37,316 nucleotides of DNA from a virus (IMGVR_UViG_2537561977_000024), one strand, 5' to 3'. Positions 10,739 to 20,042 are shown, numbered from the stretch's first letter. The notes: a model not told the origin generated them from the letters alone. Numbers and translations: made by a program.

Positions 10739-11236
10739 ATGATGCCAGTTAGCCGTTATCTCTGCATTTTCATAAACGTTCGTTTGGGAGCAGGTGCTCC
10801 AGCTATCGGAATTCCGTTCTTCTGGCCGTCGTCGGCAATGCCGAATACTGTCATGACAGAATGGGCCGATATGGTGTTTTTGAAGTTCAATGGGGCGACG
10901 TTCTCAGCAGCGACATATCCGATACTGGCCCTGGTGCTCCCAGGCCTGACGTTGCCTGACGCTCGCGGCGAATTTCCACGTATCTGGGATGATGGGCGTG
11001 GCGTGGATAACGGGCGTGCATTGCTAAGTTCCCAGATCGCAACCAGCATTGGTCGTTACGTTGGGACCGATGGTAATACAGCTTTTATTGGTATCAATAA
11101 TACTGATACTACGGGTTCCGGATACGCCAGTTGGTCGAGAGTATCAGCAACAAGTACAGGGGTGTTTGGGCAAACAGAATACCAGGGGGTTCGTCCTCGT
11201 AATATCGCATTCAACTTTCTTGTAAGGGCTAAATAA
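10739..11236 (+). CDS. silent alternative tail-fibre C-terminal cassette (Sv'-like)
   Basis: ORF with tail-collar-like motif RGEFPRIWDDGRGVDNGR; opposite strand to H; begins at the left recombination site in frame with H. Confidence 0.65.
   Translation: MMPVSRYLCIFINVRLGAGAPAIGIPFFWPSSAMPNTVMTEWADMVFLKFNGATFSAATYPILALVLPGLTLPDARGEFPRIWDDGRGVDNGRALLSSQIATSIGRYVGTDGNTAFIGINNTDTTGSGYASWSRVSATSTGVFGQTEYQGVRPRNIAFNFLVRAK
10768..10791. repeat. gix-like invertase recombination site (left)
   Basis: Minus-strand TGCTCCCAAACGAACGTTTATGAA; inverted copy of site at 12592-12615; resembles gix/hix dyad. Confidence 0.6.
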
Positions 11237-12604
11237 TGAAACCAGTACTTGACGACAATGGACTGGCTACCTATGCCGGAAATATTCGCTGTTATTACTA
11301 CGATGAATTAACAGGTGAATACACTGGTTGGTCAGATGAATTTATTAATGTAGGTGTGAGCATGCCCGGAAATTCTACAGATATTGACCCAGGAGAAGAT
11401 ATATCGGGCAAAGTGTCAGTATTTAGCGGTGACGGATGGAATTGGCAGGAAGACCATCGAGGCAATACTGTCTATTCAACAGAAGAAGGAGCCGCCAGCG
11501 TAGTTGACTACATCGGTGAGATTAAAGAAGGATTTACCGCAATTGCGCCGGGAACAAAATACGATAAATGGGACGGGGAAAAGTGGGTAACGGATAGTGA
11601 GGCTCAGCACATAGCCGATGTTGCAACCGCCGAAGCGGAAAAACAGGCCAGAATTGACCAGGCCAATAACTACATTAACAGCAGACAATGGCCCGGCAAA
11701 GCCGCTTTAGGCCGCCTGAGTGACGCAGAAAAAGAGCAATATAATCTGTGGTTGGATTATCTCGATGCGCTGGAAGCCGTGGACACCTCCAGTGCACCAG
11801 ATATTAACTGGCCTACTCAGCCTGATAATCGGGAGCAGGCTGAGTAAATGCGGCGCCATCGTATAAATACCCCGACTCAACGTCATCAGGACAATTAACC
11901 CAAACCAACGAGGGGTGGAAACGCCCCTCCGGATCTACATCTACGGTTTCTTCAACGCGAAAGTTTTCTTTGCCTTCAATTTTTTAATTCTTGCCCATGT
12001 CATTTAATCACCACTCAATAATCACAATACCATTTTTACCAGAGCCGGATTTATTACTACTGTTAGCAGCAATCCCACCACCACCGCCCCCATAACCAGT
12101 CGCATCCAGACCCACCCCTGTAGATCCTCGGCCTCCGGGGCCGCCACCGTTGCCGCCGCAATTTGCCGAGTTGGCTGAACCGTCATCCCCCCAACCCAAC
12201 CCCTGATTAACATCTCCGCCAACACCGGCTCCCGACGAACCACCGGATGTTGATGTGCCGCCATACCCATACTGACCACCAGTCGCGGAGAGATAAGAAC
12301 CAAAAGAAGATGACCCACCGGATGCGCCATTACCTGTAGTTACGCCAGCACCAGCAGAGCCAACGGTTACCGTAACGCTTGAAACGTCTGTGAGATCGAG
12401 AAGCAATTTCGAATATCCGCCACCGCCGCCACCGCCCCCGCGCTTTGTTGTATCGGTAGTCGACCCGCCAGACGCTCCACCACCAATTACTGTCACCTGG
12501 CATTTTCGCCCTTGTTGGAGTGCCTCAGGAACGTTCCAGTTAGATACTCCAGGGGTGTTGAAAACAACTATGTTTTGCAGGCCAAAGGCCGATGCTCCTA
12601 AACC
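10780..12604. other. invertible tail-fibre DNA segment (G-segment-like), ~1.8 kb
   Basis: Bounded by inverted gix-like sites; adjacent invertase; two alternative fibre tips in opposite orientations. Confidence 0.6.
11236..11847 (+). CDS. tail fibre assembly chaperone (U'/G-like) for the silent cassette
   Basis: 203-aa ORF immediately after the Sv'-like cassette; position and length typical. Confidence 0.75.
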   Translation: MKPVLDDNGLATYAGNIRCYYYDELTGEYTGWSDEFINVGVSMPGNSTDIDPGEDISGKVSVFSGDGWNWQEDHRGNTVYSTEEGAASVVDYIGEIKEGFTAIAPGTKYDKWDGEKWVTDSEAQHIADVATAEAEKQARIDQANNYINSRQWPGKAALGRLSDAEKEQYNLWLDYLDALEAVDTSSAPDINWPTQPDNREQAE

Positions 12605-13654
12605 AAGGTATGCGAGAAGACCAGCTACATCCTTTCCACTCAAATTGGTAAGCGTATTGTCCAGCGGTTGTTTACCTGCCAGCGCATTAAGCATTGTCGT
12701 GGCAAAGTTCGGATCATTCCCCAGTGCCGCCGCCAGTTCGTTCAGTGTATCCAGTGCAGCAGGTGCAGAACCCACCATTCCTGCAATCGCCGATTTCACA
12801 AAAGCCGTAGTGGCAATCTGTGTATTGTTGACCGACTGCGCCGCCGTGGGGGCTGTTGGCGTTCCGGTGAGTGCCGGACTCGACAACGGTGCTTTTAGTG
12901 CCAGCGCATTGTTAATGGTGGTACTGAAATTCGGATCATTGTTAATGGCTGCGGCTATTTCTTTCAGCGTGTCCAGCGTGGCTGGCGCACCATTAATAAG
13001 GGCCGTCAGTGCCGCCTGTACAAACGCAGTGGTCGCAACCTGCGTGGTATTATTCCCCGCCGCTGGCGTTGGCGCTTTGGGGGTTCCGGTAAATGTCGGG
13101 CTGGCTTTTGGCGCGTACTGTGAATGCGGGTCCGGTGCGGCAAGATGTTTTGCCATCTGATCATCCGCGTACACCTTCAGCTCCAGTGCCTTGTCATCCA
13201 CATACTTGCGGGTTGCCAGCACTACAGCAGGGTCGATTTTCAGGGTGATATTGTCCGTGCTGCTGGTAATCAGCACCATGCGCACGGTCTGAGTGCGCCC
13301 GCTACCTTCAGCCAGTTGCGGCTTATAGCTTTCCGGGCAGTTGCCTACGGCAATCAATGCCCCGGACTCATCAAACAGACCCACTTCACGTATCCACCAA
13401 CCACCCTCATTTTCAGGGATCACCTGTTCAGCAATAATCTGGCTGCTGTTCTGCGGGTCGATATAAAGCATATTCAGCGCAGCCCGGCGTTTCTCATTTA
13501 CCAGTGCCGTCTGCTTTGCGTCCGGCGTCGGCAATGCTCCGCCGCCATCGCCCACCGCCATATGGGTAATTTTTAGCGGCACACCGAGCGCGGCGGCGCT
13601 GGCAAGTTTCGCCGCGCCAATATCCGTCAGCAGGGTATAAAATTTTGTGCTCAT
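12008..13654 (-). CDS. H: tail fibre protein H with glycine-rich C-terminal tip
   Basis: N-terminus MSTKFYTLLTDIGAAKLA... like P2 gpH; C-terminal ~195 aa after the recombination site is Gly/Ser-rich. Confidence 0.85.
   Translation of the reverse strand: MSTKFYTLLTDIGAAKLASAAALGVPLKITHMAVGDGGGALPTPDAKQTALVNEKRRAALNMLYIDPQNSSQIIAEQVIPENEGGWWIREVGLFDESGALIAVGNCPESYKPQLAEGSGRTQTVRMVLITSSTDNITLKIDPAVVLATRKYVDDKALELKVYADDQMAKHLAAPDPHSQYAPKASPTFTGTPKAPTPAAGNNTTQVATTAFVQAALTALINGAPATLDTLKEIAAAINNDPNFSTTINNALALKAPLSSPALTGTPTAPTAAQSVNNTQIATTAFVKSAIAGMVGSAPAALDTLNELAAALGNDPNFATTMLNALAGKQPLDNTLTNLSGKDVAGLLAYLGLGASAFGLQNIVVFNTPGVSNWNVPEALQQGRKCQVTVIGGGASGGSTTDTTKRGGGGGGGGYSKLLLDLTDVSSVTVTVGSAGAGVTTGNGASGGSSSFGSYLSATGGQYGYGGTSTSGGSSGAGVGGDVNQGLGWGDDGSANSANCGGNGGGPGGRGSTGVGLDATGYGGGGGGIAANSSNKSGSGKNGIVIIEW
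12592..12615. repeat. gix-like invertase recombination site (right), inside H coding sequence
   Basis: TGCTCCTAAACCAAGGTATGCGAG; inverted relative to 10768-10791; encodes LGLGA in H matching RLGAGA at the other site. Confidence 0.6.
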
Positions 13655-14256
13655 GGATTCACTCTCATTGTGTCAATAACATGGACCGCCCCGCCTTCAT
13701 GCGCGGTGCCGCCGGAAATAATTGTTTCGTTGATATACGGATAGATCGTGATTTCTTCGCCAAGATAACTGGCGGCTCCCACCCAATGCGGACCGCTGGT
13801 CTGCAGATTGATGGACATGCCGATCATGTGACGGCTACATGGTTTGGCATCGCTTATCAGTCGCTCAAGTTCCAGATAGGTATCTTCAGTGATGCCCTGG
13901 TCCTGCACACCAATGTCCAGACGAAACGTGCCCGGTGTTTCTCCGGTCTGCCACCACTCAATAATGCGGATCAGGAAGCCGAACGGCTCCACCACCCGCC
14001 GTACGGCACTGGTGGTTCCTTTGTGCTGATGAATATAAAAAGCATCCTTCACTACCTGGCGTTTGACGCTTTCTGTCCAGCCCTCGTCCCAGCGATCCAC
14101 AGAGAACGCCCAGGCGAGATAAGGCAGGAAACTGACCGGACAGGTTGCCGGATTCCACAAGTCACGCAGTGACACCTGCAGATCAGAAATCCCGCTACAG
14201 GTTTGCGCCAGTCGGCGCTCCAGTGGCGTTGAACCCGGTGGCAGCAGACTATTCAT
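13651..14256 (-). CDS. I: baseplate assembly protein I
   Basis: N-terminus and WNP...LPYLAWAFSVDRWDE motif like P2 gpI. Confidence 0.85.
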   Translation of the reverse strand: MNSLLPPGSTPLERRLAQTCSGISDLQVSLRDLWNPATCPVSFLPYLAWAFSVDRWDEGWTESVKRQVVKDAFYIHQHKGTTSAVRRVVEPFGFLIRIIEWWQTGETPGTFRLDIGVQDQGITEDTYLELERLISDAKPCSRHMIGMSINLQTSGPHWVGAASYLGEEITIYPYINETIISGGTAHEGGAVHVIDTMRVNP

Positions 14257-15157
14257 CCGTTCCCCCGTTGGTCACGCTCCACTGAGTACATGATGCCGCC
14301 TGCGTTTTGTTCAGGACCACATCAGCCAGCGGTGAAGCCAGCTCCACACGTTGAACACCCTCAACATGCAGCGCGGCAAAAATAGCACTACGGCGAATAT
14401 CCCGACCGAGCCGCGTCTGACTGGCGATGTACCTCTGCAGGCTGACTTTTGCCGCTGCCATTACCGGCTCTGCTTCCGGTCCCGGATAAAGAAAAATGGT
14501 AGCTTCCACACGGTACGGGATGATTTCTGCGCTGCGAACCGTCAGACGGTCAGCCACCGGGCGGACGTTCTCACTGTTCAGGGCTTTCTCCACCACATCC
14601 AGCAAGTCTTTTTCTGCTGTTCCGTCGCCTTCACGACTCAGGACAGTCAGTACCACCTCTGCAGGTGCCGGACTGGTTGCACTGGCATCCGCCACCCGAC
14701 CGTCGGCGCTTCGGGCATGAAATTCATAAGCGGCAGTTGGCCCCGCAACAGAAAGCCCTTCAAAGGCTGCAGGCACACGCAGGCGTAACGCTTCATCGCT
14801 TTCCATCACAGCCGCAACGGGTGGCACAGCGTCATTATCAGCAGGCGTCACCGTCAGGCGTTTCACGTTGTAGTTGGCAGCGAGCTGGTCAAGATCGCCG
14901 CCCATCGCGTAAGCCACCATCACAGCCTGCGCGGCTTCGTTAATGCGCTGGCGCAGAAGCAACTCACGGTAAGCGTTCTCCTGCAGCAATTTGGTGACGG
15001 GTTCAGATTCCAGTTCCAGCGTGCGGATCACGGCTTCCTGCTCATCTTTCGGATGAAGCACAACAAATTCGGCCTTGCGTTCGGCAAGCAGCGTCTCAAA
15101 GTCCGGCACATCGACAATCTGCGGCGCAGGCAACTGCGAAAGGTCAATCACTGCCAT
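14249..15157 (-). CDS. J: baseplate protein J
   Basis: Begins MAVIDLSQLPAP like P2 gpJ (ORF track start 15196 trimmed to this Met). Confidence 0.85.
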   Translation of the reverse strand: MAVIDLSQLPAPQIVDVPDFETLLAERKAEFVVLHPKDEQEAVIRTLELESEPVTKLLQENAYRELLLRQRINEAAQAVMVAYAMGGDLDQLAANYNVKRLTVTPADNDAVPPVAAVMESDEALRLRVPAAFEGLSVAGPTAAYEFHARSADGRVADASATSPAPAEVVLTVLSREGDGTAEKDLLDVVEKALNSENVRPVADRLTVRSAEIIPYRVEATIFLYPGPEAEPVMAAAKVSLQRYIASQTRLGRDIRRSAIFAALHVEGVQRVELASPLADVVLNKTQAASCTQWSVTNGGTDE

Positions 15158-15503
15158 TCTCTGCTCCTGTTGATACGGAAAGGGAAACAGGCACACCGTT
15201 ATTACGCCGCCCGGTCAGCCCCACCACCATTGAACCGTCAAAATTGCTTTTAATGGTGATGGAATCCAGCGTCAGCCGTGGCTCCCAGCGACTCAGCGCC
15301 ACATACACTGCCGACATGACCTGCAGGCGTAATGCCGGATTTTGTGGCTGGTCTATCAGTGTCGACAGCAGGGAACCATATTCACGACGGGCAATGCGGC
15401 AACCCTGCGGTGTCAGTAGAATGTCCCGCACCGACTGACGCAGATGGTCAATATCAGTAATGGCTTTACCGCTGGTATTGTTCATCCCGATATAAAGCGT
15501 CAT
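15144..15503 (-). CDS. W: baseplate wedge protein W
   Basis: 119-aa ORF, motif REYGSLL..IDQPQ like P2 gpW. Confidence 0.85.
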   Translation of the reverse strand: MTLYIGMNNTSGKAITDIDHLRQSVRDILLTPQGCRIARREYGSLLSTLIDQPQNPALRLQVMSAVYVALSRWEPRLTLDSITIKSNFDGSMVVGLTGRRNNGVPVSLSVSTGAENGSD

Positions 15504-16078
15504 ACCGGGCCTCCGGTTGTATCGCCGCCTTTCAGGACGCCAGTATGCTGATGCGCATCAACCACGATCCCGTTAGAACTCATCGCTCCGCCGCCCTGGG
15601 TAACGCCACCATTGATCACCACTTCGCTGTTAATGCGCGTGCGGTCAGCCTCCAGTACAAACTCACTGGTTTTCATGGTGATGTTGTCAGCGGCCTCAAT
15701 GACCATTGATTTGATGCCCCTGACATACCAGCGCCCGGTGGCGGGTTCGTATTCAAACCAGCCACCGTCAGGATGTTCTGTCACGCAGGCGTCCGCCGAC
15801 GTCGACGGTGGTGCGAACTGATTCGAATAGACAGCGGGCAGCGCAAAGGCGGTTTCCAGATTGCCGCCCAGACTCAGCAGCACCACCTGCTCACCTTCCG
15901 ATGGTCGCCACCATGTGCGGGCATTCCCGGCACGCAGCGTCAGCCAGCTGATCCAGTTGGTTTCAAGCTCGCCCGTTTTCACCCGGCAAAGCCAGTTTTC
16001 CCTGTCCACTTCGGTGACTACCCCAGTGCGGATCAGGTTGGTGATAAGGCGCATGATTTCGGTTAATTGTGCGTTCAT
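15500..16078 (-). CDS. V: baseplate spike protein V
   Basis: 192-aa ORF with P2 gpV-like N-terminus and TWWxPSxGEQV motif. Confidence 0.85.
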   Translation of the reverse strand: MNAQLTEIMRLITNLIRTGVVTEVDRENWLCRVKTGELETNWISWLTLRAGNARTWWRPSEGEQVVLLSLGGNLETAFALPAVYSNQFAPPSTSADACVTEHPDGGWFEYEPATGRWYVRGIKSMVIEAADNITMKTSEFVLEADRTRINSEVVINGGVTQGGGAMSSNGIVVDAHQHTGVLKGGDTTGGPV

Positions 16079-16124
16079 AGGGAAAGGTTGCCATCAGGGG
16101 AAGAAAGGCGGCAGTGCTGCAACT

Positions 16125-16142
16125 TGTATCAGTGCTGATACA
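16125..16142. promoter_or_regulatory. TGT-N12-ACA late-promoter activator site (PV-like)
   Basis: Perfect dyad TGTATCAGTGCTGATACA in the S-V intergenic gap. Confidence 0.5.
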
Positions 16143-16146
16143 AAGA

Positions 16147-16593
16147 TCACCCCGCCAGCCATTGCAGAATCATGTCGCTGGTCATTGCCTCAACATCATC
16201 ATTTACACCCAGCAGGCGGCGCTCTGCGTAACGGACCTCCGGTCCTTTGCGACTGACGCGATCACGCAGGCCGTAATGGTGAACACGGGCAATACGCTGC
16301 ACCTTGCCTTCAAACTGTACGCTGGCAGAGTCGGCGCTGGCGGCAGTTTTCAGGTATTTTGTGGTGCGCAGCTTTGCAAACATCTGACGTTTGATGCGGC
16401 CTTTTTTGCTGCGTGCTGTTACCCTGCGCGGTTCATAACTGCTGCCATCTGGATTGCGCTGCATCCTGATATTCTGCTGCTGTGTCCGGCGCAGTTCCTG
16501 CGCCAGCTGGCGCATCATGCGGCTTCTCGTGGCTGGTTCCAGATTCGCCAGCAAGGCACTCAGCCAGTCGTCCACCTTCTGCAGTTCAGCCAC
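16147..16593 (-). CDS. S: tail completion protein S
   Basis: 148-aa ORF; synteny and length like P2 S. Confidence 0.8.
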   Translation of the reverse strand: MAELQKVDDWLSALLANLEPATRSRMMRQLAQELRRTQQQNIRMQRNPDGSSYEPRRVTARSKKGRIKRQMFAKLRTTKYLKTAASADSASVQFEGKVQRIARVHHYGLRDRVSRKGPEVRYAERRLLGVNDDVEAMTSDMILQWLAG

Positions 16594-17038
16594 GTTTCAC
16601 CGTCCACATTTCTTCAGGTTCATCGGGTTCTGCTACAGCTTCAACGCTCGACACACTGCCGTCAGTACTGACCAGCACACGTTCCGTCAGTTGCAGGTTA
16701 AGGCTGATATCACAGACATCGTTGCGCAAAATATCCACCTCAAAGGTGAATAGCTTTTCCCGTAACGCCGGGTTATTGATGGCATCGGGCTGGTTATCCC
16801 GAAGCCACAGTAAAACCGGGGCCATCAGCAGATTCTGGTCGCCGCTGAAATCCTCTATCACCACGTTCAGGGTATAGCGGTACTCCCATGACATGGAGCT
16901 GGCCCCCGTGGCAACCAGCGAACCGTTATCCACAAACAGATGCAGTTTGTCCGGGTTATTGCGGACATAAGGCACCGCTTTATTGAGGGCGTGGCGCAGG
17001 GATTGTGGTTTATTCACTGTTTCGCTCCTGACACGCAA
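16586..17038 (-). CDS. R: tail completion protein R
   Basis: 150-aa ORF; synteny and length like P2 R. Confidence 0.8.
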   Translation of the reverse strand: MRVRSETVNKPQSLRHALNKAVPYVRNNPDKLHLFVDNGSLVATGASSMSWEYRYTLNVVIEDFSGDQNLLMAPVLLWLRDNQPDAINNPALREKLFTFEVDILRNDVCDISLNLQLTERVLVSTDGSVSSVEAVAEPDEPEEMWTVKRG

Positions 17039-17270
17039 TAATCATGTCCACTTTGTCTGCACAGACCGCCCAGGCGGCCTCCGTTTCATCCAGCAACGCG
17101 TTCAGGTCACCGTTAGTGCGCGGCGCTGCCTGCCCCAGCCGACACGGCGTCACTCGCGGACAACCACTGACGGTAAGCTGCACCTCGGGTGAGTGTGGGG
17201 CGTTCCCGCAACCGGATAATGTCAGCAGGCAAAGGAGTATCAGCCCAGCGGCGTAAATCCTCGTTCTCAC
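17010..17270 (-). CDS. lysC: Rz1-like outer-membrane spanin lipoprotein (LysC)
   Basis: Signal peptide ending in lipobox LSGC; overlaps lysB 3' end in another frame. Confidence 0.65.
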   Translation of the reverse strand: MRTRIYAAGLILLCLLTLSGCGNAPHSPEVQLTVSGCPRVTPCRLGQAAPRTNGDLNALLDETEAAWAVCADKVDMIIACQERNSE

Positions 17271-17541
17271 GTTTCAGTTCCTCAATCCGGTGTTGTCGTT
17301 GTCTCAGCAGTACACTGGTCTGTTCTGCTTCGGCATAGAGCCGCGCCTGCTCCCGGTTATTGGTTTCAGTCAGAATGGACAGGCTGATAAGCTGGCTGTT
17401 GCTCTTTGCCAGTGCCTGGCTTTTGCTCCGAAGCTCGTCTGCCTGCGTGCTGATGGTCTGGCTGGCATCAGCCAGCCGCCACGTCTGCCAGCCCAGCGCC
17501 GCCAGTAATAACGCCAGCACAACCAGCAGCAACCGGTTCAT
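17113..17541 (-). CDS. lysB: Rz-like inner-membrane spanin (LysB)
   Basis: N-terminal TM helix then coiled-coil region; position after lysA. Confidence 0.7.
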   Translation of the reverse strand: MNRLLLVVLALLLAALGWQTWRLADASQTISTQADELRSKSQALAKSNSQLISLSILTETNNREQARLYAEAEQTSVLLRQRQHRIEELKRENEDLRRWADTPLPADIIRLRERPTLTRGAAYRQWLSASDAVSAGAGSAAH

Positions 17542-17915
17542 GCTGCTACCTGTTGCGCCATCTGATTACGGATCATCCAGAAGGCAATAACGGTCAGCAG
17601 ATAAAAGACCAGGGTAATAGCCCACCCCGTCCAGGCGAAACTTACGACAATCAGCAATCGCATCACCCAGCTGATAAATACGTTTTCTTTTCGGGTAATG
17701 GTCTTCAGCAAAGATGCCCTCAACTCCTGCCAGAGCGGGCCGTTCTTAATTAACGCAGCCAGTGCTACCGGAATTACCGCCCATGTCAGCAGACAGGCTA
17801 CCCAGACACCGGACGCTGCCAGTACCGGAAAAATCCCCTGTGGATACACCATTGCTGCGATCAACAGCGCCATCCATAACATCAGAAACAGCCCGCTGAT
17901 TACTTTCTTTTTCAT
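17538..17915 (-). CDS. lysA: LysA-like multi-pass membrane lysis regulator
   Basis: Start set at MKKKV with GGGAG SD 9 nt upstream, 1 nt after K stop; ORF track extends it to 17987. Confidence 0.6.
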   Translation of the reverse strand: MKKKVISGLFLMLWMALLIAAMVYPQGIFPVLAASGVWVACLLTWAVIPVALAALIKNGPLWQELRASLLKTITRKENVFISWVMRLLIVVSFAWTGWAITLVFYLLTVIAFWMIRNQMAQQVAA

Positions 17916-17916
17916 T

Positions 17917-18429
17917 TCAGTTTGCTCCCTGTAAGCACCAGGCCATCTCCCGCGCACGGCGGTTATCCAGCCCCTGATTAAAAACACCTTTCACATAAAC
18001 CCAGCGCGGCAACTGTCGGCACGCATCCGCCCAGCGCCGCTGATTGAGTAATTTCACCAGTGTGGAACTGCAGGCATTGCCCGTTCCCACGTTGAAGGCA
18101 AACGACACCGCAGCGTCATACACCTTCTGCGGCGGCTGTTGCTTCACACACCTTTCCAGCGCCCGCTCCACACGCAGCACGTTGGAGATCAGCCCTTCTG
18201 CTGCCTGTCGCTCCGTAATGGTTTTGCCGGGAATGACGCCCGACGTATTACCAATGCCGTCGGTCCAGACACCCGCGCTGCACTGATACGGCTGCAGACG
18301 ACAGCCTTCGTAATCAGCAATCAGTTTCAGCCCCTCCACGGAGGAGTGAAGCTGCTGAAAACCCGGCAGCGTGGCAGCAATAGCCAGCACGGCCCCGACA
18401 AGGCAGCGTTTAACGATTGATGGATTCAT
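17917..18429 (-). CDS. K: lysozyme-type endolysin with N-terminal SAR (signal-anchor-release) segment
   Basis: T4-lysozyme-like motifs (EG..L.AY, NVGTGN) preceded by weakly hydrophobic N-terminal helix, like P21 R. Confidence 0.85.
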   Translation of the reverse strand: MNPSIVKRCLVGAVLAIAATLPGFQQLHSSVEGLKLIADYEGCRLQPYQCSAGVWTDGIGNTSGVIPGKTITERQAAEGLISNVLRVERALERCVKQQPPQKVYDAAVSFAFNVGTGNACSSTLVKLLNQRRWADACRQLPRWVYVKGVFNQGLDNRRAREMAWCLQGAN

Positions 18430-18625
18430 AGTCCTCCCGCGAGATCTGCCCGTCGCGCAGAAGCTGGTAGGCTTTGTGTTTGTAGTACCAGTTGATAGCC
18501 AGCATCAGTACACCAATCATCAGGCCGCCCAGCGTTGAGGCATCCTTGATGGACAAATCGCCCAGCCAGGCCAGCACGACGGCGATGCAATACGTGATAA
18601 AGGCGCTGATTCGCTCAAGCGTCAT
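18410..18625 (-). CDS. Y: holin (pinholin-like, two TM helices)
   Basis: 71-aa ORF with two hydrophobic helices and charged C-terminus immediately upstream of endolysin. Confidence 0.7.
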   Translation of the reverse strand: MTLERISAFITYCIAVVLAWLGDLSIKDASTLGGLMIGVLMLAINWYYKHKAYQLLRDGQISREDYESINR

Positions 18626-18628
18626 AAT

Positions 18629-18832
18629 TCAGTCCCATAGCTGGACGGTCTGCACGGTGGTGGTTGTCAGAATGTCCGGCAGCTCCACCTGCAGCCCGTG
18701 AGGTAAAAAGGGGCCGTATTCGGCAAGCCCCGGATTTGCCTTCAGTACCTGCTCCGTGACACCCTGCGTGCGCCCGTAATGACGCCAGCAAAGCGCGTCC
18801 ACCGTGTCATACTGATGCGCACGCACTTTCAT
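18629..18832 (-). CDS. X: tail protein X
   Basis: 67-aa ORF, same size and position as P2 gpX. Confidence 0.8.
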   Translation of the reverse strand: MKVRAHQYDTVDALCWRHYGRTQGVTEQVLKANPGLAEYGPFLPHGLQVELPDILTTTTVQTVQLWD

Positions 18833-19296
18833 CAGATAAGCTCCACTGTGCAGTGCGGCGCATCCTGCACCCGGCTGATGGCCCAGCGGGCGTCACGCCA
18901 CAAATCACCGCTTGCTTCCGCCAGTTCCTCGCCCCGCTTCACACCGGACGCCGTGGCGTCATAGTCCTGATAACGCTCGTTGAGCATGGCGCGTGCCCAG
19001 CAGTAAACCGCGTTGAAATAGTGCTGAATGCGCTCACTTTTCCCGTCCAGCAGTTCCGCCGGAACCTCAGCCAGCGACGCATACCCCAGCATCTGCTGAC
19101 GTCTGCGAAACTCATACAACTCAGCGTTGACCTCCGAAATTGCCGACAGGGCAACCTGCTTTAAACGCGGCTGCGTCACCGTGCCGTCAGTGCGCATGAC
19201 ACTGCGAAACTCCGACAGGTCCACATCAGGCCAGAACGGCGTATTTCTGATGATTTCCGCCTGTTCCGGTGCCTGTTCTGGCGCAACAAACTTCAT
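18832..19296 (-). CDS. L: capsid completion protein L
   Basis: Start set at MKFVAPEQ with AGGAGA SD; C-terminal WRD.RWA..R.Q motif like P2 gpL. Confidence 0.8.
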   Translation of the reverse strand: MKFVAPEQAPEQAEIIRNTPFWPDVDLSEFRSVMRTDGTVTQPRLKQVALSAISEVNAELYEFRRRQQMLGYASLAEVPAELLDGKSERIQHYFNAVYCWARAMLNERYQDYDATASGVKRGEELAEASGDLWRDARWAISRVQDAPHCTVELI

Positions 19297-19391
19297 GCTG
19301 CTTTCTCCTGAAATAGAGGGCGGTGGACGGGGTTTTGATGTGGCAGTGCCTTTCGCCACCCCGTGCCGCCTGTGCGCGGGGGCACGTTCTG

Positions 19392-20042
19392 TCAGCGGCT
19401 GTCATTGCGCAGTCTGCGCTCCAGCTGCTGTTTGTCTTTTTTCACGCCACAGCGGGGATCGAGCTGTAACGCATGGTTGAGATGATTAAGGGCGGAAGCC
19501 GGGTTGCTTTCACTCAGGACAGCGCCAATCGCTTTATGCAGACGCGCCCGTGACTGGTCCGGCATATCCAGACCGTCTGTCAGCTCCAGCGTCTGCAGCA
19601 ACAGATCGGCATCAAAGCCGGTGGCGGCAAGCATTGCGCTCTGCGCGGCGTCTGCCATTTCCTCTGCCAGCACGGTCTGCACGTTGCGGTTACCCAGCGG
19701 CATCACCCAGCCATGACGCAGGGCATGACGCCCAATCTCCAGCGCCCCGGCATAATCTCCGGCATCAATGCGCCACAGCATCACGTACATCAGCACGTCA
19801 TCCTGTTGAGCGCCTCCGGCAGCCAGGACGCCCTCCGCCCAGGCGGCATATTTCGGCAGCAGCTCCACCTTGATTTCCGCTTTTTTCACCGTGGACTGAA
19901 CGCCCTTGAGACGGCGGCGGTCTTCCGCCAGTTGCAGCAGCATCAGGTCATAGCCCGACGCGTGGCGAACACTGCCGCCCTCGCGGGCGGCCTGTTCAGC
20001 CTGAACACGCAGGCGATGCTGCCGTGCGGGACTCAGGCTCAT
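19392..20042 (-). CDS. M: terminase endonuclease (small) subunit M
   Basis: 216-aa ORF; synteny between N and L. Confidence 0.8.
   Translation of the reverse strand: MSLSPARQHRLRVQAEQAAREGGSVRHASGYDLMLLQLAEDRRRLKGVQSTVKKAEIKVELLPKYAAWAEGVLAAGGAQQDDVLMYVMLWRIDAGDYAGALEIGRHALRHGWVMPLGNRNVQTVLAEEMADAAQSAMLAATGFDADLLLQTLELTDGLDMPDQSRARLHKAIGAVLSESNPASALNHLNHALQLDPRCGVKKDKQQLERRLRNDSR

Noticed and set aside
11848-12007. Possible remnant tail-fibre chaperone after H (20-codon ORF overlapping H stop as TAAATG)
   Set aside because: Too short to be a functional assembly protein; noted only as a possible decay remnant.
12390-13160. 256-aa plus-strand ORF
   Set aside because: Antisense to the Gly-rich part of H; reverse reading of GGN repeats gives a Pro/Ala-rich artefact.
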